Shown piece by piece: positions 1 to 5,381 of a DNA stretch of 20,000 nt. The notes under the pieces are model-generated. The model saw only the letters and a list, made by a program, of their open reading frames with translations, had not been told where the DNA came from and made no database searches. The first letter of the stretch is position 1. Each line of letters starts with the position of its first letter. The position numbers and the translations under genes were made by a program. Source of the stretch: an uncultured virus (IMG/VR IMGVR_UViG_3300031851_000015) (lineage: Duplodnaviria > Heunggongvirae > Uroviricota > Caudoviricetes); the IMG/VR virus record IMGVR_UViG_3300031851_000015. One strand, written 5' to 3'.

Positions 1-695
1 TACTCTCTGGCAAACTTTAAAGGATCAAGTGTTAGTTTTACTCTCTCAATTTCTTCTTCATCAAGGAAAGGAGAGTCGTGATATGTGTAATGATAGTTTT
101 TCCAATCTTCATCAGAATCTTGTCTGTTATACATCTCATAAAAATAATCATACCCTTTGGGAGTGCTAATAATAAGCGCTCTACCTGAGTTAGCCCCAAA
201 CTTTTTAGCGTTCTGAGGAGACCAACGAGTACTCACACAAGGTTGTATAATAGATTCCCAAGACTCCTTGAGATTCATACCTGCACCCTTCCATGATGTA
301 ACCTCATCAGCTACTACAAAGTATTGACCTGTACCACGCATACGCTGTGATGCCTCATATGACCATAACTTTAGTTGTACATTTCTAGGAAACCAGAACG
401 TACCAGCAGCCTTAGATGCTTTATCAGCAAAGTCCTCCATGCCTAACTGCCAAGCTATTAGTGGATAGTAAATATCTACTGCCTGAGAGTAAGTAGGTGC
501 TATTAGTGCTACGTTCTTATTAGGTACTGACTCGTCTAATTCCATTAACTCTTGTACTGCTACGATAGCTGCTGTTGCTGCTAGGTATGACTTACCAAAA
601 CCACGACTAGCATTAACTACTGCATATCTGCAAGACTTATCTACGAACAGATCTCTGATAACATCAGACTGTCCTTCATGTAAATTAATTTCCAT
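1..695 (-). CDS. terL: Terminase large subunit, N-terminal ATPase domain (runs off the window edge)
   Basis: Manual translation from ATG at 695: MEINLHEGQSDVIRDLF...VVNASRGFGKSYLAA (Walker A), IAPTYSQA, RMRG, YFVVADE (Walker B), IISTPKG (motif C). Absent from the ORF track because the frame is open to the window end. Confidence 0.93.
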   Translation of the reverse strand, partial: MEINLHEGQSDVIRDLFVDKSCRYAVVNASRGFGKSYLAATAAIVAVQELMELDESVPNKNVALIAPTYSQAVDIYYPLIAWQLGMEDFADKASKAAGTFWFPRNVQLKLWSYEASQRMRGTGQYFVVADEVTSWKGAGMNLKESWESIIQPCVSTRWSPQNAKKFGANSGRALIISTPKGYDYFYEMYNRQDSDEDWKNYHYTYHDSPFLDEEEIERVKLTLDPLKFARE

Positions 696-704
696 AACTA
701 TTCT

Positions 705-1169
705 CTAATTTAATGTTGTTAACCATACAAAGCCTGTGAGACAGCCTAGCAAGAATATTAATAAAAATACTCCAGCACTCCACTCAATTATAGACTGTTT
801 GAGTTCCATCTTACGAAACTCATGGTCTTTTTTCTTTTTACGAATCTCTGCTTCAATACCTAGAAGCTCTTCCCAGTGTGATGGGCCATAAGCAACACAA
901 ATAAAGTCTTTTAACTCTTTACGCATTGCTTCTTTTTTCTTTTGTGCAGCAAATAATTGCATAGCTTGTGCTTCTGTACCACCTCCTAAAGCTTTATACC
1001 AAGGTGGATTATCTGTTTGTTTCTGAGCAAAGTCTATGTCAGCCATAGCACCTGCCCATTGAGAGAGTTGACCTCCCATGTCTTGTAAGTCTCTACCTAT
1101 ACTGATGCCTTTTTTGATAGCGTTAAACGCAGCCGAGGCTCCAGCAATAGCAGTAATTGGATCTATCAT
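705..1169 (-). CDS. Phage hypothetical protein with a C-terminal transmembrane helix
   Basis: 154-aa ORF with a GGGGA RBS; hydrophobic C-terminus (WSAGVFLLIFLLGCLTGFVWL); lies between terS and terL. Confidence 0.75.
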   Translation of the reverse strand: MIDPITAIAGASAAFNAIKKGISIGRDLQDMGGQLSQWAGAMADIDFAQKQTDNPPWYKALGGGTEAQAMQLFAAQKKKEAMRKELKDFICVAYGPSHWEELLGIEAEIRKKKKDHEFRKMELKQSIIEWSAGVFLLIFLLGCLTGFVWLTTLN

Positions 1170-1212
1170 AGTATTCCCCTAGCTGTTATTAGTGCTATCA
1201 GGGATATATCTG

Positions 1213-1479
1213 TTATCTAATCTGTCGGTCTTGTTCCATCATATCTCTGATGGCCTTTATATTCTCATCCATACGTACCATAGTCAAAGCTTGAGATTGA
1301 ACTATATCTTCTAAAGCTTCTAAGCGAACCTCTTGGCGCATTAAGTCTCTAGTATTATTTTGTATAGCATTATCTAAGCTAGATACATACCATACAAGAG
1401 CTATTGTTTGAAATAAGATGGCTAAAATAAATGTTACAGGCACACTCTTAGAGAGATGCCAAGGATCTGAATCACTCAT
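1213..1479 (-). CDS. Small membrane protein with a coiled coil (possibly holin/XhlA-like)
   Basis: Start reassigned to ATG at 1479 (MSDSDPWHLSK), preceded by AAGGA. One TM segment (VPVTFILAILFQTIALVWYV) followed by a heptad-like region. Confidence 0.65.
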   Translation of the reverse strand: MSDSDPWHLSKSVPVTFILAILFQTIALVWYVSSLDNAIQNNTRDLMRQEVRLEALEDIVQSQALTMVRMDENIKAIRDMMEQDRQIR

Positions 1480-1840
1480 CGTCTTTTTCCTTATTATTAG
1501 TGAGTAATATAGAAATAGGCTTCTTTTCAGTAACCTCTTGCTCGATCTTATCAGGGATTTTCTTATAGCCATACATCATTAAGTTATTAATGAGAGTGCC
1601 TTGAGTAGCTACTAGTTGAGCATATGCACCACCACCTAAAGGTGTTTTACCGCTGTGATGATGAGCTAACTGCTCTTCAATATAGTTATACTTCTTAACC
1701 ATCATCTCAATAGGGTCAAATTGAAGCTCTTCAAGCTTTCTAACAGACGCCATAGAGTTAATATTCTTAGACCCTTTAGGACGACCAGCGCCTTCACGCC
1801 GACCACCCATTTGAGGCTTAGTCGGATTCGGATTAGCCAT
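1472..1840 (-). CDS. terS: Putative terminase small subunit
   Basis: N-terminal GGRREGAGRPKGSKN motif typical of many TerS proteins; 122 aa; upstream of terL; AAGGA RBS. Confidence 0.75.
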   Translation of the reverse strand: MANPNPTKPQMGGRREGAGRPKGSKNINSMASVRKLEELQFDPIEMMVKKYNYIEEQLAHHHSGKTPLGGGAYAQLVATQGTLINNLMMYGYKKIPDKIEQEVTEKKPISILLTNNKEKDDE

Positions 1841-1980
1841 TTTGTTCAGTCCTTCTTTCTGGAATGTTTTTCAATTGAAATTTTTTATAATTCTTTTCAT
1901 ATATTTAAAAGAATACTATAATAACTTATTGAAAACATTTAATTTCTTATTTATAACCAACCAATACAAAAGTATAGTTT

Positions 1981-2154
1981 TTAATACTTACACTAAGGAT
2001 ACCAAAGTGATATCAATAACCCCCCGTGCTGTATACACAGAGAGTGTAGAGAGGATACTATCGGGGGGCATTTAGAGCATTCTCTTTCAAGTATCAGTAG
2101 AGAAGTCCTAGATATCACTTTGGCAGAGCCTTAGCAAAGTTATTAAGTTTATTC
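1981..2154 (-). ncRNA. Putative structured non-coding RNA (~174 nt), three-way junction
   Basis: Begins at the predicted +1 of the phage promoter. Nested inverted repeats: 2002-2014/2111-2123 (13 bp perfect), 1993-1998/2129-2134, 1981-1989/2137-2146 (one bulge), 2020-2026/2062-2068, 2034-2038/2044-2048, 2080-2085/2099-2104. No ORF on the minus strand. Confidence 0.6.
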
Positions 2155-2171
2155 TTAAACGTCAGGTATTA
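2149..2171 (-). promoter_or_regulatory. Putative phage RNAP promoter for the late/packaging region, TAATACCTGACGTTTAA|GAATAA
   Basis: Intergenic copy of the repeated motif, one mismatch in -17..+3 versus the 10702 copy; T7-like 17-nt upstream geometry; predicted +1 G at 2154. Confidence 0.85.
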
Positions 2172-2174
2172 TTT

Positions 2175-2456
2175 TCAGACAGAAATATCAAGAACTTCTC
2201 CTTGAAATAATCGTTGTCTTTCGTAGTAAGTATTGTTTTGTTGTTTTTGTAGAGTCATTAGCTCTTCAGCTTTTTCTCTCCAATTTTTTTCTAAAACCTT
2301 TTGAGCTCTTTTCTCTTGAGCTGTTATCATTTCTTCTCTAGTCTCTCGATAAGCACCATCTTCTGGCATCATAGCTTCATTATAAGGTTTAAAGACTATG
2401 TTGTCATGTGTTTCGAAAGGCATATTGGGAAGAGGCATGTGAGATATTAATGTCAT
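2175..2456 (-). CDS. Hypothetical protein (93 aa)
   Basis: Start reassigned to ATG at 2456 (MTLISHMPL) with an AGGA RBS; the longer track ORF runs through the hairpin and poly-T tract. Confidence 0.7.
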   Translation of the reverse strand: MTLISHMPLPNMPFETHDNIVFKPYNEAMMPEDGAYRETREEMITAQEKRAQKVLEKNWREKAEELMTLQKQQNNTYYERQRLFQGEVLDISV

Positions 2457-2470
2457 AGCTTTCCTATTTG

Positions 2471-2538
2471 AAAAAAAAAAAAATAAATCCCCACACCCCT
2501 CCAACCACCCCCAAAGGAGCAGCTAGAGAGATGTGGGG
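2471..2538 (-). terminator. Long hairpin (23 bp, 7 G-U pairs, UUUG loop) followed by a U13 tract
   Basis: Minus-strand RNA CCCCACAUCUCUCUAGCUGCUCC-UUUG-GGGGUGGUUGGAGGGGUGUGGGG-AUUUA-U13, directly after the stop at 2546. Confidence 0.75.
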
Positions 2539-2545
2539 GAAAAAT

Positions 2546-2908
2546 TTAATAAGAGAAGATACTATCTTTAATTTCTAGACCAACAAAGATATTACTTGCA
2601 ATATCATCTGTATCAAAGTCTGTTAGGTTTGTTTTAGCAAAAGCTTGTGTGCTGTTACCTAATGCATAACCTAGTTTTAAAGAAGGAGTAAATTCTTCTG
2701 CATCATCGTCATAGGTAATTACACCGTGTAGTGATACAGCATTTACACCAACAGTATAAGAACCATAGTAAGATACATCTTTAGTGCCTTCGTAATTAAC
2801 ACCTAGTGCAGCGTTATTATAAGCGAATTCTACGTGAGGTGTGATGGTTGGATACTCATCTACCTTTTCAATTTGTGCTGCTAGTGCAACGCCAACTAGT
2901 AAGTCCAT
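2546..2908 (-). CDS. Putative small outer-membrane beta-barrel-like protein
   Basis: Start reassigned to ATG at 2908 (MDLLVGVALAAQ) with an AAGGA RBS. Alternating hydrophobic/polar strands rich in Y/G/V (ALGVNY, SYYGSYTV, LKLGYAL, FVGLEI) and an aromatic C-terminus. Confidence 0.5.
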   Translation of the reverse strand: MDLLVGVALAAQIEKVDEYPTITPHVEFAYNNAALGVNYEGTKDVSYYGSYTVGVNAVSLHGVITYDDDAEEFTPSLKLGYALGNSTQAFAKTNLTDFDTDDIASNIFVGLEIKDSIFSY

Positions 2909-2927
2909 TTTATTTTCCTTTGTTAAA

Positions 2928-3134
2928 TTAGGGTATGTATCCCTCTGTACTGGCAACATAGCCAGCAAAATAAGAGTATCGAGGATCCCATCGGAGTTTA
3001 TACTCTTGCTTGTTAAATTCTACTACCATGATGTCATGGTCCATAGGGTCTTTTGAGCTTTGCATTTCAACAAAGTCTACGAGTAAGTAGCTAAGATTTT
3101 GGTTGTAAGGTATAAAAGTTTCAGTAGTATTCAT
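2928..3134 (-). CDS. Hypothetical protein (68 aa)
   Basis: ORF track; TAATG stop/start overlap with the upstream gene at 3134. Confidence 0.7.
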   Translation of the reverse strand: MNTTETFIPYNQNLSYLLVDFVEMQSSKDPMDHDIMVVEFNKQEYKLRWDPRYSYFAGYVASTEGYIP

Positions 3135-3544
3135 TACACTTCTTCCAATACAATAAACTTTACGTTATAAGGGTTAGGGAGCTTTTTAACATCATCTATA
3201 TGATCTTTAGAGACCACCATAACTTCTACTAAAGGCTCTTCTACAAACCCTACGTGATGACGAGTATCCCAACGATACATAGAAAAGCTTCTTTGACCAA
3301 TCTTACGATTAATATTAGAAAGTCTAGACTCATTAGGATCAGTGCAAATAATAGACATATCAGGGTGTTTCCATAAGTAATCTATTAAATGCTCTGTAAA
3401 CTCATCTACTCCATAAATAGCACAAACTCCTAACTCTCCGTACTTTTTGTAATAATCATCAGCAGAAGTTTTAGGGTTATGTTTTAGCTTTATCTTAGCG
3501 GGTCTACCTGCCTTCTTTTTAGTCGGCTGTTTCGTTGTTGTCAT
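3134..3544 (-). CDS. Hypothetical protein: basic N-terminus (KKKAGRPAK) plus a Rossmann-like domain
   Basis: Start reassigned to ATG at 3544 (MTTTKQP). CAIYGVDEFTEHLIDYL..IICTDPN..VMVVS resembles a degenerate beta-alpha-beta nucleotide-binding fold. Confidence 0.6.
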   Translation of the reverse strand: MTTTKQPTKKKAGRPAKIKLKHNPKTSADDYYKKYGELGVCAIYGVDEFTEHLIDYLWKHPDMSIICTDPNESRLSNINRKIGQRSFSMYRWDTRHHVGFVEEPLVEVMVVSKDHIDDVKKLPNPYNVKFIVLEEV

Positions 3545-3755
3545 TTGATTCCAATGATTCTTTGAGTTGAGCAACAATAGCATTACGACCTGCATCTACA
3601 TAAGCTAACTCTGCTTGAAGAGCCTGAGCTTTATTACCTGCAGTTTGAATTACAATTAACATGTTTTGTTGTGGTGGTGTCATGTCTTCAATAATATAAG
3701 ACTTATCGTCTAAAGTGATTGTTGCTTTTTGTTGTTCTTGAAGTTGTTCAGTCAT
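3519..3755 (-). CDS. Small coiled-coil protein (possibly DUF6447-like)
   Basis: TITLDDKSYIIEDMT...AGRNAIVAQLKESL pattern recalled from small marine phage proteins; the family call is tentative. Confidence 0.6.
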   Translation of the reverse strand: MTEQLQEQQKATITLDDKSYIIEDMTPPQQNMLIVIQTAGNKAQALQAELAYVDAGRNAIVAQLKESLESNDNNETAD

Positions 3756-3963
3756 TTTTTAATTTCTCTCTTAATTCTTGATATCCCCCAGTTAACTTTA
3801 ATACTACTGGTACAGTGCTCATTCCTAGATCTAACTTAATTAAATCCATATAGTGTGGGTTAATAGTAATGTCTTTATATACATAAGGAGTATTAGTACT
3901 ATCCAAAAGGTTAATTGCTTGAGTACAATGTCCACATTTCTCTCGCCCTAATACTAAATACAT
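3748..3963 (-). CDS. Glutaredoxin / NrdH-like redoxin
   Basis: CGHC active site, TVP cis-proline motif and GGY motif; 71 aa. Confidence 0.9.
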   Translation of the reverse strand: MYLVLGREKCGHCTQAINLLDSTNTPYVYKDITINPHYMDLIKLDLGMSTVPVVLKLTGGYQELREKLKND

Positions 3964-4130
3964 TATTCTTCCTCATCTTCTTCAGAGGCAGCTAAACAAG
4001 CCATAAACCCTGCTTCAAACAAAACATGAAATATATCATTTAATGAGTTATCAGAGTTTAAATCAAATCCATCTTCCATAAATTCATTAAAATACTCTAA
4101 TACTACAGCATCTAATTCTTCAGGTGTCAT
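3963..4130 (-). CDS. Very acidic 55-aa protein (not in ORF track)
   Basis: Manual translation MTPEELDAVVLEYFNEFMEDGFDLNSDNSLNDIFHVLFEAGFMACLAASEEDEEE*; its TAA overlaps the glutaredoxin ATG. Confidence 0.7.
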   Translation of the reverse strand: MTPEELDAVVLEYFNEFMEDGFDLNSDNSLNDIFHVLFEAGFMACLAASEEDEEE

Positions 4131-4323
4131 TTCTTTTTCCTGTTTTCATTTTATCTTTTTCTAACCAAATTAAGTGGCTAATATCACCACGGCTTAACCC
4201 AATGTCTTGAAGAGTTTGATCGTCTAAGCTATTAAGCTGTTTAATAGTCTCTCGATGTGCTCTCCAGGTTTTTAAGTATTTAACGTATCGAACAATAATA
4301 TGTTCTTTTAAGTATTTAAGCAT
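4120..4323 (-). CDS. DUF1127 (YjiS-like) small protein
   Basis: WRAHRETIKQLNSLDDQTLQDIGLSRGDI matches the DUF1127 signature (LxxLxDxxLxDIGLxRxDI); GGAG RBS before ATG at 4323. Confidence 0.85.
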   Translation of the reverse strand: MLKYLKEHIIVRYVKYLKTWRAHRETIKQLNSLDDQTLQDIGLSRGDISHLIWLEKDKMKTGKRNDT

Positions 4324-4501
4324 TATCACTCCAAGCTATGCACTTCCAATCGTGTGCAACCCATCTACGTTCTTCAACATAAGCAATACCAAATCCTATT
4401 TGTTTTAAACATTCTTCTTCAGATGCAAACAAAGCAGGATTAGCAAAACTTCTGCATTCGGTTCCTTCTATAGTACATGCTAATATAATTGCAGTAAACA
4501 T
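4316..4501 (-). CDS. Small Cys-containing hypothetical protein
   Basis: 61 aa, hydrophobic N-terminus (MFTAIILAC) and four Cys residues. Confidence 0.7.
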   Translation of the reverse strand: MFTAIILACTIEGTECRSFANPALFASEEECLKQIGFGIAYVEERRWVAHDWKCIAWSDNA

Positions 4502-4513
4502 TTATTTTCCAAT

Positions 4514-4627
4514 CTAAAATGGTAGCCACCCTAGCCAAGCAAGAAAGTATAGTCCGACCCACGTATTAACTATACTTCCTGCAATAAAGCCAAATGCATA
4601 CCCTATTAATTTAAAGGCATTATCCAA
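4514..4627 (-). CDS. Small membrane peptide (37 aa, not in ORF track)
   Basis: TTG start after GGAG; MDNAFKLIGYAFGFIAGSIVNTWVGLYFLAWLGWLPF*; fills the gap between neighbouring genes. Confidence 0.55.
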   Translation of the reverse strand: MDNAFKLIGYAFGFIAGSIVNTWVGLYFLAWLGWLPF

Positions 4628-4811
4628 TTTTATACTCCGATTTAAGGGCTATAATATCCATAATATATTCATTACAAGCATCCCAATTAGTAAATACTTT
4701 TTTAGTATTATTATAATCACCATCTTCAGTTCGACCACTATAGTTTAATACATAACCATTTTCACAAAAGTCTACAGAAAAATCAGATACTTCTTTTACA
4801 ATCTTATTCAT
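4620..4811 (-). CDS. Hypothetical protein (63 aa)
   Basis: ORF track; abuts the sulfotransferase stop. Confidence 0.7.
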   Translation of the reverse strand: MNKIVKEVSDFSVDFCENGYVLNYSGRTEDGDYNNTKKVFTNWDACNEYIMDIIALKSEYKIG

Positions 4812-5357
4812 TTATATCTCTCTTATATCATAATTAAATTTTTTAAAATCTTCTTCAAACAAGTTACTAATTAAACTTTTAGCATAATCGTCATAATAAT
4901 CTTTATAATTATACGTAGGTTGACTGTTAACTTTAGTTGAAGTTAATTTTACTTTAATGAAATCTTCTAGGTCTTTTAATTCTGTTTCTAATTTAAAAAA
5001 TTTTACTTTATTATTTTTATTAGATTTAATAAATTTATTTTGAGAAGTATTTATAGTCCAATTATCATTATCTACATCTTTCCAATAATCTTTAAAAGAT
5101 AGTTTACTAGAAGTATATAACCATTGGCTAACTGCCCTGCTATAAGGATTTCTTACTATTGTAATAAATTTATTAGTATTAATTTCAGATTCCCACATAT
5201 ATAATGGGTAATGTTGGGTTCCTATTTTAAAATTTAAATCTAAAGCATACCGATAAGGCTCTTGAATATTTTTTAATTGCATTCTACAATTATATTTTAA
5301 ATTAGTACCACTAGTTTTTGGTATATGAATAAAAGCCCATTTGTCTGTATATATCAT
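4812..5357 (-). CDS. Sulfotransferase family 2-like protein
   Basis: 5'-PSB motif FIHIPKTSGT, 3'-PB motif TIVRNPYSRAVS and C-terminal DFKKFNY. ATG at 5357 preferred over the track's TTG at 5375. Confidence 0.8.
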   Translation of the reverse strand: MIYTDKWAFIHIPKTSGTNLKYNCRMQLKNIQEPYRYALDLNFKIGTQHYPLYMWESEINTNKFITIVRNPYSRAVSQWLYTSSKLSFKDYWKDVDNDNWTINTSQNKFIKSNKNNKVKFFKLETELKDLEDFIKVKLTSTKVNSQPTYNYKDYYDDYAKSLISNLFEEDFKKFNYDIREI

Positions 5358-5358
5358 A

Positions 5359-5381
5359 TTATTCTTTAACGTCAACTATAT
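5359..5381 (-). promoter_or_regulatory. Degenerate phage RNAP promoter ATATAGTTGACGTTAAA|GAATAA
   Basis: -10..+3 identical to consensus (TGACGTTAAAGAA) and ATA at -15..-13 kept; CC>GT at -12/-11 where it overlaps the RNR stop codon. Confidence 0.5.

Noticed and set aside
1981..2154. tRNA, or cuckoo-type (CCUCCUCCC) sRNA associated with DUF1127
   Set aside because: No cloverleaf, T-loop or CCA end, and no CCUCCUCCC loops; only CUCUCU-type pyrimidine tracts.
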